Below the pieces are notes generated by a model, which saw only the letters and a list, made by a program, of their open reading frames with translations, was not told where the DNA came from and searched no databases. The position numbers and the translations under genes are program-made. From contig OX597827.1 of NCBI GenBank assembly GCA_951406725.2, positions 50,220,001 to 50,284,000 of the forward strand: a stretch of DNA of 64,000 bases, written 5' to 3'. The stretch comes from Octopus vulgaris. Its lineage: Eukaryota. Positions 1 to 14,414 of this stretch are shown here, one piece after another. Numbering within the stretch: the stretch's first letter is position 1; each line of letters opens with the position of its first letter.

Positions 1-208
1 ACAAATGTTCGAGACCCAGTGGGATTTCTTACATGAAAAAGGAAAAACAATGTCATACAACAAATTCCCCACTAAATCCCTTAAAAAAAAACAAGTGCCT
101 ACCTTGCAGTCGCGCCTCTTCAAAGGTTCTTTAATCGAAGACACCTTCCGAGCACGTTTTGACACTGTTCACTCTCGTAAGTTACTGACAAACTCACGCA
201 TGCATAAG

Positions 209-1248
<1,040 letters not shown>

Positions 1249-1269
1249 GTAATAATAATGTATATATCA

Positions 1270-1357
1270 TTTTATTCTTTTATTTGTTTCAGTCAATTGA
1301 CTGTGGTGATGCTGGAGCACCGCCTTGAAGGGTTTTTGTCGAACAAATTGACCCCAG
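1270..1357 (-). mobile_element. SINE family A, 3' fragment
   Basis: Matches the reverse complement of the GGCGGTGCTCCAGCATGGCCGCAGTCAAATGACTGAAACAAG tail. Confidence 0.75.
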
Positions 1358-1601
1358 CCGAGGACAGAATGGGATAGATGGAAATATGTTTGCTGAGTGT
1401 GGGCTGATGGGAAAGACATTCTTGAAAGATCTTGTTCGGTTTGAAGGAAAGAGTTGCAGTATCGAATTGAGTTAAACATTTCTTTATCTATGGACCCCTT
1501 TGATTACTATTTACTTTGGTGGATCTTCATTGCTTTCAGAATTCCTATATTACTTTTCACACGCTAACCCTTTAGCATTCCGACTACTCTATCAAAATGT
1601 A

Positions 1602-2005
1602 AGGCGCAGGAGTGGCTGTGTGGTAAGTAGCTTGCTTACCAACCACATAGTTCCGGGTTCAGTCCCACTGCGTGGCACCTTGGGCAAGTGTCTTCTACTA
1701 TAGCCTCGCGCCGACCAAAGCCTTGTGAGAGGATTTGATAGACGGAAACTGAAAGAAGCCCGTCGTATATATGTATATATATGTATGTGTATGTATATAT
1801 GTTTGTGTGTCTGTGTTTGTCCCCCCCAAATAGCTTGACAACCGATGCTGGTGTGTTTACGTCCCCGTCACTTAGCGATTCGGCAAAAGAGACCGATAGA
1901 ATAAGTACTAAGCTTACAAAGAATAAGTCCCGGGGTCGATTTGCTAGACTAAATGCGGTGCTCCAGCATGGCCGCAGTCAAATGACTGAGACAAGTAAAA
2001 GAGAG
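1602..2005 (+). mobile_element. Full-length tRNA-derived SINE family A (CORE-like, with internal TA/TG microsatellite)
   Basis: A-box-like TGGCTGTGTGG, B-box-like GGTTCAGTCCC, CORE-like CCTTGGGCAAGTG, and an AAGAG tail. More than 10 homologous copies occur in this window. Confidence 0.9.
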
Positions 2006-2458
2006 TGTTTTAAATTAATCATATACTATCTTCTAGCTTCAAGATTAATACTGTATGACTGGTTATTTTTAGATTGACATTGTTGGATGGTTGTTGATAG
2101 ATCTGACCTGGCTGGTTTGAACACAAAGCAGGTAGAATAGTTTGGTTGGACATGACTGATTTAAATGCTAAATGATTAACTTGTGTAGATTGAACTATGT
2201 AAAACTTTAGTGAAAATATTGAACTGTTTCTTGCAATAAATACATAGTCTGAAATGGTTCTCGAATACTGTATATTATAAAGATTAATGTACCCGCTCCA
2301 TTGACAAATTATACGAGTACCTGTTTTTTCTGACCTATAGCATCTTAGACAACCACACATATATACTTAAGTACGTACCTACGTCTCTACCAACTTACCT
2401 ACCTACCTACCTACCTACCTACCTACCTACCTACCTACCCATCTACCTACCTACCTAC

Positions 2459-2489
<31 letters not shown>

Positions 2490-2551
2490 CATACATACAT
2501 ACATACAAAAACACACATACATACATACATACATACATACAAAAACACACA

Positions 2552-2580
<29 letters not shown>

Positions 2581-2582
<2 letters not shown>

Positions 2583-3136
2583 GGTGGCTGCCCCCTCGTT
2601 ATCGAGTATGGCCATTGCACGAAGCTTAATCAATGTTGTTATCGTGCAATGCCTGTGCAAGAAGATTTTTTTTTAAAGTGAGGAAAGGTTGTGCATTGAG
2701 TCAATCCCACTCACTAATCAACAGCAGCCATAATCCGAAAAGAAGAACAAGTCAACATCATCGGTAACCACTGAGCCGCAGGTTTTATGTCGGAGTTATC
2801 TCAGTTACCTGAGTTACCTTCTCCTAGAAGGATGCCCTAACAAAGGTTAGGAGTCATTCACTCCCAATGGTTTAACGGCACGATCCGGTATTCAGTCTGA
2901 TTATTTCTATGTCCCCGCGCATGATACAGCCTTAAGGCATTTATTGGATGGCCGTTGACTCTCAAGAGTACCTCCGCCCTTTGACGGGCTTTGTTTTTCA
3001 TCCCGCAGGGTGTCCAATAAACACCCTCCTCACCAAGCAAGCTTGGTGGTGTTGCCAGTTTAGTCGCCGACGACCCGACCATGCAACAGGTTGTACTGGG
3101 TTACATGTTACCAGTAGCACTCGAAACTGACCTGAC
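2581..3136 (-). mobile_element. Non-autonomous RTE-derived retroposon, copy 1 (RTE-like 5' UTR fused to RTE 3' tail)
   Basis: Near-identical second copy at 45994-46548. It has the RTE-UTR-like motif GGGCATCCTTCTAGGAGAAGGTAACTC, shares its 3' ~47 nt with the RTE LINE end at 60495-60542, and is embedded in (TACA)n. Confidence 0.8.
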
Positions 3137-3190
3137 ATAACATACATACATACAAACACACATACATACATACATACATACATACATACA

Positions 3191-3224
<34 letters not shown>

Positions 3225-3278
3225 CATACATACATGCATACATACATACATACATACATACATACATACATACATACA

Positions 3279-3311
<33 letters not shown>

Positions 3312-3799
3312 GTTCCTTGCCTACAAACACAAACTAGAATTTTCTTTTCTTAAGCACATAAATTAACTTTCAGTAATAAATTCTTAAGTTATTGAAATTA
3401 TCTCTTGCTATTATTTTTTTTTTCGTCAACTTAGGTGGAAATTTCAATAAATAATATACAGGGCATTCAGTCCATCACCCATAAACATTTTTATAAACGT
3501 TTTTATAATTTCCTGCTGTTGAGCCATTTGAATTATTTCGCTTGGCTCATATTTTGCACCATACAAATAAAACGATTGATTGGTTACAACCAAATAAAAG
3601 GAGGGCAGATATCTGAAATGAAGAAGGTGGTTTACTAAACATCTTAGTGTGTGTACGTGTATGCAAACATACATTATGTATGTATGTATGTATGTACGTA
3701 TGTATGTATGTATGTATGTATGTATGTATATACACACACACACACACACATATATATATGTCATTTGTTCATTTGATTTTTGTACAATTTCGAACACAG

Positions 3800-3859
<60 letters not shown>

Positions 3860-4094
3860 TGTGCGTGCGTGCGTGTGTGTGTGTGTGTACACACACTCAC
3901 TAACATACACACATACAAACACACATACAAACACACACACACATACACACATACACACACACATATACACACACACACACACATACACAAACAAGTAAGA
4001 ATAATGAGAACACGAAGACAGAATCTGCGATTGACGATGAATGAGAACGAGAGAGAAGGAGGGGAGAGAGAGAGAGAGAGAGAGAGAGAGGAAG

Positions 4095-4125
<31 letters not shown>

Positions 4126-4207
4126 GAGAGAAAAGTAAAAGAAGAGAGGGATAGAGAGTAGGCGAGAGTAAAAATTAAAGTGATCGTGTGACGTTGCTAT
4201 TTACTAG

Positions 4208-4395
4208 ACTGAAGCCGATAGGATGCATCTTCTACGCATGGATGTTATCGCCAGTAATGAAGACAGCGATGATAATAACAGAGAAGAAGGACAGGGCTTG
4301 TGTGATAAAGAGGAAGGCGAGGAAGACGATGAATCTGACGAAGACGGGGTCGGTATGCATGGATATTCCAATGTTAACGTATTATCATACAGCAG
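4208..4395 (+). CDS. Candidate internal exon encoding an acidic peptide (TEADRMHLLRMDVIASNEDSDDNNREEGQGLCDKEEGEEDDESDEDGVGMHGYSNVNVLSYS)
   Basis: Open frame bounded by TTTACTAG| and CAG|GTAGGT in non-repetitive sequence. No homology recognised and the polypyrimidine tract is weak. Confidence 0.3.
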
Positions 4396-4892
4396 GTAGG
4401 TCATACCGATATAATAGCAACACGATATTACTATCAGCTGCTACTACTTTTTTCTCTCTTTAATTGCTGCTGTGGTTTTTGTAGGAAGTACAGTATATAT
4501 ATAATAACCATGCGATTAGCTACACGCCAGTACATACATAAATACACGCATACATATACCTACATATTTTCATAGATATAAAAAAAAAAAAACATACACG
4601 CCCATATCTATGTGTGTGTATGTATGTATGTGTGTATATATATATGTATGTGTGTATATATATATATATACATATGTATATATATATGTATGTATGTATG
4701 TATGTATTTATGTATGTATATATATATATATATACACACATATCTATATACATATATACACACACACATATGAGTGTGTGCGTGTATATGCCCCCCACTC
4801 ATATATTTAATACATAACATATATATATATACGCGTGTATGCTTTTATATCTGGGTAGATACACATGTGTGTATTCATATATATGTGTGTAT

Positions 4893-4927
<35 letters not shown>

Positions 4928-5323
4928 CACGCACATGGTCACGCATATATAAACGCATATATGTAAATACTTATGCATACTATATATATATATATATGTA
5001 TCTGTGTGTGTGTATGTATATTTATATATGTATATACATACATACATATATATGTATATATATATATATCACATACATACATGCATACATACTTTCGTAC
5101 ATGCATAAACACATGCATGTGTGTGTATGTGCGTGTGAGTGTATGTGTGCGCGCGCACAAGACACTATGTTATGGGTTCATATATCTCGTTGAGCACGCT
5201 ACCGCTTATATGCAGATGATTTGACACAATTTGGACATGTGTTGAGTACTTTTATTCCTTTTGTACAATGAAATCAAAGCAAATACACACGCACGTAGGA
5301 ATGTTATATATATATATATATAT

Positions 5324-5484
5324 ATTATTACATCAAAAACTGCTGCTATAAGTAAAACTACACGCTGGAAAGGGACGCTAAAGTCAAACTGCGCGCATTT
5401 GTATATTTTGATAAAGTAGTTTGACTTTAGCGTCCCTTTTCAGAGTGTGGCTTTACTTACACTAGTAGCCCATAATGTAATAAT
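5324..5484. repeat. Fold-back inverted repeat abutting (TA)n
   Basis: TAAGTAAAACTACACGCTGGAAAGGGACGCTAAAGTCAAACT versus AGTTTGACTTTAGCGTCCCTTTTCAGAGTGTGGCTTTACTTA. Outer ATTATTACAT pairs with ATGTAATAAT. Confidence 0.85.
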
Positions 5485-5602
5485 GTATTTCAAAAAATTA
5501 TACACTTAATATAATTTTTTTTAACCTTAATTGGTTTACATGCCGGCTACTTGATAAAATCTTACACAGATTTTATCTTTATAATTTAAGTGATATATAT
5601 AC

Positions 5603-5637
<35 letters not shown>

Positions 5638-5685
5638 TGTATGTATGTATGTATGTATGTATGTATGTATGTATGTATGTATGTA

Positions 5686-5764
<79 letters not shown>

Positions 5765-6070
5765 TCATATATGTGCGTGTGCATGTGTAAATGTAATGTG
5801 TATATATATACATTTATTTTTCGAATACTTGTCATTGGCCATTCAGAAAATTTAAAATGAGAAACCATCAATATATGTACTCGTTTTATTAGAAAAATGA
5901 CTGTACACACTGTGTATTCTCAGAAGTAGGTTATGTCCAAATCACGGAAGAAAGTCTCAGAAAAGAAATTTAGGAAATTGCACATGAAAGTAGGAGAGGT
6001 TACGAAGCTAACCTACCAGATCTTTAAAAAAGATCTCCTGACAGTGGTGAAAGGAGTGAGTGATAGAAAG

Positions 6071-6148
<78 letters not shown>

Positions 6149-6309
6149 GCAGAAGTTGTGGCTTTAGAGAGGCAGAGAGAAGCAGATAGAGAGAGGCACA
6201 GAGAGGGAGAGAGAGAGTGTGTGTGTATGTGTGTGTGCGTCTGTTTGTGTGTGTAAGGAATAAAACTGCATCCTACCTTACTTCTATAAGGTGACAAAAC
6301 AAGATCTCT

Positions 6310-8240
6310 GTCCAATTAGAAGACGACCGTCTGTTTCACCTGCTACAAAGTCATCAAGAACGAACATTTCACGAGTGATTATAGAGATTCTTAGAGAGAG
6401 CAACTTATGCAAAACACGCTGATACCACCACTAGAGCCAATGATGGAATTCATTTCAAAGGAAATTTACTATAAATAAGAATAAAAAGCGTTAAAGTGGG
6501 CGAGACCTTGTTTGACACCAAGCTCAAGTAGAATGCCTTCTTCACTTGGCCGTATTCACAATATAATGCACCAGGAAATTCTCTCCCACTACCATTAATT
6601 TTATTAGAACCTCAATTTCATGTTGAGCATCACTATTAATAACATCAAATGCAGTTGAATAGTTTTTATCCTTTAGATAACAGCTGATATAGCCGGGATT
6701 TCAATACCACAGCAGTTACCATCAAATCCGATGCTGCTTGAATAGTAAAGGCAAAGATGAGTGGAATTGTGGAAGTGTGTAGAAGTGTCCTCGTTGGTCT
6801 TATGCTAACGCTATATAACAGTTTGAGTCATAATGGGAAGCCTACGGTATGTGTCATGAAGTCGATCTTGGAGATCTTTCATTGACTAAGTTTCAGCTCA
6901 TAAAGAAAAATGCAGAAATCCAACCTTTTTCTGATTTTTAACCAGATTTTGAACGAGACGGATTACCAGATGTTTTGAAATCGGTTACAGGCACTCCAGG
7001 CTTATCAGAAACTTTTACTCTGTCAGTAACACAGGACACAAGGGAATTAAAATCACAGGCCTCCGTGAATTATCATTGGAACGAATTGGCAAGTGGTTTT
7101 CATTCTCATTGAAGACCCTGTACTCAATCCTTTTTTTTTATTGAGACACAGACTGAATTACAAGATCTATAAGAACTACCTAAAGTTGCTCCACCTGTTT
7201 TGGAGTCTTTGGAAGAGAAGTAAAACTACTCAGTCATGAGTGTAGGAGAGAGCTGAAAAGATAATCTAATGTTGAATCACCTTCTTTCTCAGCGTGAGCA
7301 ACAAAATATTCTTTAACATTGTGTCGAAAGGACTCGATGGACGGAGACCACTACCTGCTAAAGAAAAACCAGTGAAGATTCTCAAGAAGTTCTTCAACTG
7401 CAGAATGCAGCACACAAAATTCATGAAAATCGGAGCTGACCCAGATAACTGGTTGAGAGCTGTTGACATCAACCTGGAAAATTCAAAACTTGTGTCTATA
7501 AGAATGGAATCCCCAAAGTCCTCTGGCCACTGCTTATGAAGATTTCATGACTGTGAAGGAGGGTTTGACCATAAGGTCAATGCCATTTTCACAGAAGACT
7601 AGCTTTGTTATGAAGCGTGAATAGGAGTGGCTGTGTGGAAGGATTAAGAAACTTGGGCTTTCGTTTAATTTTGTCAGAGAGGAATGACTGGTGGTGACAT
7701 AATTAAGAGAGTATCTGTAATAAAACAGTCTATGAGAGCTCAAAGTGTCCGGTACACTGGTACAATGATTGCCGTAAGAAGAAAGAAGTGCAAAGTAGCC
7801 GTGATAGTCCAACAATCTGTGAAGTGGTTGAAATATAGAACATTTTAGGGAGCCCAAAATCAATTCACTATAATACGACCAACCGGAAGAGAGGGCAACT
7901 GATGCAGGAGAATACGTGAGTATCGATAAAAGAGGAACGAGCAAGATAATTACATGATTATCTGTGTGAAGCGGGAGCAAGCAACGGAGAAATTTTACTT
8001 GGCTGGACACCTGGAATGGGAACCCAGAGAGTATGAAGTTCTTGATTAAGAGGTTCTTCCCAGCAATTTACATGGGCACAGCGGAAACACATATAAGCCT
8101 TTATGTTCGAAGAAAAGGGATCTATGATTACATCTTGAGCAGCTGATCTAAGGCACTAGTTGAGGGGCGTTATCACTGACGGTGTCACCAGGTTCTCAAG
8201 ACCATTACTGCGGCAATAGTTTGTGGGAGGGTGACGGCTG
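6310..8240 (+). mobile_element. Heavily decayed HERO-clade (R2-group, RLE) non-LTR retrotransposon
   Basis: Fragments DNWLRAVD, PKVLWPL, RRNFTWLDTW..MKFLIK and YILSS*SKALVEGRYH*RCHQVLK resemble the HERO HILSxCxKALxEGRYxWRHDQVLK region. Boundaries are approximate. Confidence 0.6.
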
Positions 8241-8329
8241 AGACATAAACACAATTGACAAGAAGATCATTTTTGTGAACGAGTGAGAGTGACGAAGAAA
8301 AAATTGAATAAGAGCTTCGAGAATTTGTT

Positions 8330-8451
8330 TTCCATGGATCCAGGTTTAGTCCCACTGAGTGGTACCTTGGGCAGGCACTTTCTACTATAGCCTCAGGCCG
8401 GCTAAGCCTTGTGATTTGATTTGGTAGGTGAAAACTGAAAGAAGCTCGTTG

Positions 8452-8452
<1 letters not shown>
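8330..8452 (+). mobile_element. SINE family A fragment
   Basis: GGTTTAGTCCCACTGAGTGGTACCTTGGGCAGG...GAAAACTGAAAGAAGCTCG. Confidence 0.75.
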
Positions 8453-8539
<87 letters not shown>

Positions 8540-8697
8540 CATATATAAATAAAAGGGGCAGGCAACAGGTTGCTTGGCCGCATACCGAAAAATTATAAAT
8601 AGCAGTCAAGACTGTTTATTTCTATTTTCTACAAATGGGACTCCACATACGACATATCCATCCATCCATCCATCCATCCATCCATCCATCCATCCAT

Positions 8698-8735
<38 letters not shown>

Positions 8736-8869
8736 ACATACGGTGGTGTGTGTATATATATACGGTGGCGTGTGTATATATATATAATATAAATAATATA
8801 TAAATATATGAATATATACATACATATATGTACATACCTACATCTATATGTAGGTATATATATATATAT

Positions 8870-9400
8870 GCATATATGGGTACAGGACATCAAAAAACGT
8901 TGAACACAATGAGAAACGAAAACATAAAAGCAAAGACATGGAAACGAACTATTTTTCAAACAACGAAAAAATAGAGTACAAGACATAAAACACAAGGAAT
9001 ATTCCCCTTCTTCAGTTGTCCCTGTTTCGTCTACTCCGCGTTGCGAAGATAAGGACATAACGCGACATCGTTGAAACAGTCCTTCCCGCAAAGCAAATTA
9101 AATAAAATTTGGGATTTGTTGCGCAGGGGTAGAAGTGGTAACAAGAACAGGGCACTAAGAACAAAACAAGACAGTAAAAACAATAAAATAAAAACAGTAA
9201 AACACAGGACAAAGAGAATGACACAGTAAAAACAAACGATGAGGGCTGTTAAGCCAATACGATGGAAAAATTATTCTGAAAGTTTGAGAGAGACAGGATA
9301 AGCGGTCTTGTTTTGGTGAAGATAGCAGTTGGAAAGATGGCTTCCCTCTGATCTTCAAACATTAAACGCAAAGCTGAACAGTTGCATGACAATACTAAAG
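8870..9400 (-). mobile_element. Putative PLE terminal (pLTR/UTR) fragment
   Basis: Related to 21860-22145 and 35185-35310 (CAACTGA(A/T)GAAGGG...TGTCTTG...CCTGTACCCATA). Abuts TA-rich tracts. Confidence 0.45.
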
Positions 9401-9494
9401 CAACTGGATATTTCATAATGATACAAGTTCATCGAATCTCCATAAACAGTTGAATATTATAGACTCGCATATATACATTATTATTATTATTATT

Positions 9495-10048
9495 GAGTGA
9501 GAGAGCAGTGCATGCCATCAAAGTGACACTGGGGAAAAATATACGAAGCCCAATATACCCATTATGACTACCCGTCTGATAAGGGTACACCAGGCACATG
9601 CATCACAACCATATGTGCGCGACATGGTGATCTCATATCAAGATAAACAGCACATGACCTTGCAGGTGGGGCCCAGTTAGAATGTTCTTCAGGTTGAGTA
9701 GCCCATCCCGCTCAAAAGGTCCCTGAATAAGGGTTGTTTAAGGATGTTGAAAGAACCACCCATGTTTCCAGAGGTGAATTATTCAAACCCCAAAGAATCC
9801 CTCTCAACACATGGCTATGATGCTCCCCCACTACTTCTGCTCGTGATCAGAGATGCACATATCGTCAGCCAGTAAGGGACATGCTCAACTGGTTAAGGTC
9901 AAACAACTGACAAGCAAATCTGTGGTATTGAGCAGAATATTTGCTGTAGCCCATCTTTTATACCAAGACAAAACAATGTACATGATAACACTTCCAATCA
10001 GTTAAGATCAGAAGCCATGAGAGCCACTGCCTGGTACTGCATCAGGGC

Positions 10049-10052
<4 letters not shown>
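9495..10052 (-). mobile_element. ~560-bp non-coding element inserted in an (AAT)n tract (probable non-autonomous retroposon)
   Basis: GC-richer block with sharp ends, (ATT)n on both sides and no ORF. Its 5' end (AAATGCCCTGATGCAG) resembles that of the 13729-14325 element (AAATGATTACATGCAG). Confidence 0.6.
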
Positions 10053-10127
<75 letters not shown>

Positions 10128-10170
10128 GTTAATGTTATTGTTGTTGTTGTTGGTGTTGTTGTTATCATGT

Positions 10171-10548
10171 GGAGGCGCAATGGCCCAGTGTTAAGGGCAG
10201 GGGACTCGCGGTCTTAAGATCACGGTTTCGATTCCCAGACCGGGCGTTGTGAGTGTTTATTGAGCGAAAACACCTAAAGCTCCACGAGGCTCCGGCAGGG
10301 CGTGGTGGTGAACCCTGCTGTACTTTTAAACCAAAACTTTCTCTCACTCTTTCTTCCTGTTTCTGTTGTACCTGTATTTCAAAGGGCCACCCTTCCCACA
10401 ATTTGTGTCACGCCGAATCTCCCTAAGAACTACGTTAAGGGTACACTTGTTTGTGGAGTGCTCAGCCACTTGCACGTTAATTTCACGAGCAGGCTGTTCC
10501 GCTGATCGGATCAACTGGAACACTCGTCGTCGCAACCGACGGAGTGCC
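10171..10548 (+). mobile_element. tRNA(Arg-like)-derived SINE family B, copy 1
   Basis: GGAGGCGCAATGGCCCAGTG(G)TTAGGGCAG...GGTTTCGATTCCC head. Second copy at 10700. Confidence 0.85.
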
Positions 10549-10699
10549 ATCATATATTGTTATCATATACACTCAACACATTAGGGTTGGAATACATTAG
10601 ACTGTTGGAACAGAAAAAAATCATCCTATCGGGCTACAACAAGTAAATTTAGATGCCAAGAATCCTCATAAGTATCCTAGCTGTCCCTAATAACGCTGC

Positions 10700-11087
10700 G
10701 GAGGCGCAATGGCCCAGTGGTTAGGGCAGCGGACTCGCAGTCATAGGATCGCGGTTTCGATTCCCAGACCGGGCGTTGTGAGTGTTTATTGAGCGAAAAC
10801 ACCTAAAGCTCCACGAGGCTCCGGCAGGGAATGGTGGTGATCCCTGCTGTACTCTTTCACCACAACTTTCTCTCACTCTTGACTTCCTGTTTCTGTTGTA
10901 CCTGTATTTCAAAGGGCCGGCCTTGTCACTCTCTGTGTCACGCTGAATATCCCCGAGAACTACGTTAAGGGTACACGTGTCTGTGGAGTGCTCAGCCACT
11001 TACACGTTAATTTCACGAGCAGGCTGTTCCGTTGATTCGGATCAACCGGAACCCTCATCGTCGTAACCGACGGAGTGTTTCCAATCC
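10700..11087 (+). mobile_element. SINE family B, copy 2, with 11-bp target-site duplication
   Basis: TSD AATAACGCTGC at 10689-10699 and 11088-11098. Interrupts an R4/Dong LINE C-terminus. Confidence 0.92.
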
Positions 11088-11323
11088 AATAACGCTGCAT
11101 TCTGGATATGTAGTAAACTGGGTTTTATGCATGTTCAGATCTTTAGGGATAGTTCCCAATGCACCCATAGCTACTGGGATGCATTTTATCCGTACTTTCC
11201 ATAGTCTCTGTAAATTCATTAGCTAGGTCCTCGTACTTTTCTACTTTTCTATACTTCTCATATTAATGTTCTCATCATTTGGAACTGTAAAGTCAATTAT
11301 CTGGCACTTTCTTCTCTCTTTAT

Positions 11324-11877
<554 letters not shown>

Positions 11878-12744
11878 AAATCAGGCATTCTAGCTTCTAG
11901 CTTCTATCACTCTGTCAGTCTGAATGTTAAAGTCCCACAACATCTTATATTTCTTACTTTCTAGTAATTTACTAGGTTCGTGTTCACACTATTTATCAGG
12001 ATGTGCAAATTCTAGCTTTCTACATAGCTCCCAGTGGATTACTCTCCTTAGATTGTCATGGCATTTCTTGTATTCTTTCTGCGCCAGCATGCTGCTTTCA
12101 CTTACTATGAGTAACATTTTTGACCTGCATAATTGAGAATTTACCTGGTTTTTGTCTATCTTGGCTTTTATCCAATTAGTCCTTAATGCTTGATCTTGTG
12201 CAGCTACTAACAAACTTTCTGTCTCCCTTTTCAGCTTCCCTTTCTGCAACCATAACCATGTCTCATTACTACTATTTGCTGCAACTATCTTTGGGAATCC
12301 ATCATGCAACACCTCCTGCCAGTCAGATCATTTCTGTTCTTTTTTCTGGTTTTTAAGTTCATTTGGGTTTTTGGCTTCCCTATGTCTTTCTTCACTACTA
12401 CCTGTATAAGAGTTTATATCTACTCTAGCTAACACCACGCAGTCTTCTACTGATATTAACCCTCTTCTGCCTTCCTTTCTAGGTAGATATAATCTTGCAA
12501 ATCCTGTCCTTCGGTGGAGTCCTCCATTCATATTGAATTCCGTCCTAGTTCTTCTGTCTAGCTTTGCTAATTCAGTTTTTGTGCAGTCTACAAAAGCTGC
12601 TGAGTAACTAAGTAACGATACTGCCCGAGTATTTTCAGCCTTTACTAGATTCCGACTATTTAGCTTTGACTTCATTAGCTTCCTGCCTCTTCTCAATTTT
12701 CGTTTTCATTTCTGTAGTTAGAACTCTGTCAGATTCTAATACTC

Positions 12745-13718
<974 letters not shown>

Positions 13719-13728
13719 TTATTATTAT

Positions 13729-14325
13729 TATAAGGAATAATAAATCTCTGAACCATGTATAAACAGTAGCTGCACGACAATGTGAAGTATATTTGCCACT
13801 TAAATGTGGCTAACCACTAAGGGTGGATGCTACTGTAGCTTGTAGCCCCAGGAGAACATCTTCTCCAGCTGGCTATTGACACACTCTCTGTGCCCTATCA
13901 GTATTTGCAAAGGGAAGCCATTCTTCCCATCGTCGACGTGACGTGATACGCACGGACTCGGGTTTCTGAGTATTTACCCGTCGTCAGCGCACGACAATCA
14001 CCGGTCTTCGATGCGAAGGGGTCCCAATGCAAATACATATATCCTTTTTCCAGTGCCGGAAAGTCACTGATCTCGAAAAAGTGTAAACAAGCAATAATAA
14101 ATCTCTGAACAAAGTATAAATAGTAGCTGCACGACAATGTGAAGTATAATTGCCACTTAAATGTGGCTAACCACTAAGGGTGGATGCTACTGAAGCATGT
14201 AAACATTGTTTTGTGCATGATCTGTGCCTGTAAACATTGCTCTTTCACATTAGGGGATGGATTTATCTGTTTAGGGTAATTTTTTGAGACAACGCCGTCA
14301 CCGAGTTGTCTGCATGTAATCATTT
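13729..14325 (-). mobile_element. Structured non-coding element with 109-bp direct repeats (period 357 bp) inserted at (AAT)n
   Basis: Direct repeats 13736-13844 and 14093-14201 (about 6 mismatches by eye) and a long imperfect hairpin at 13901-14036. Strand inferred from similarity to the 9495-10052 end. Confidence 0.7.
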
Positions 14326-14344
14326 ATTATTATTATTATTATTA

Positions 14345-14412
<68 letters not shown>

Positions 14413-14414
<2 letters not shown>

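Noticed and set aside
1500-2077. Recurrent peptide [25 protein letters not shown] as a gene family
   Set aside because: It is the translation of the SINE A head and recurs with every copy.
6310-8240. Endogenous viral element or host pseudogene
   Set aside because: Peptide remnants fit a HERO-type LINE better.
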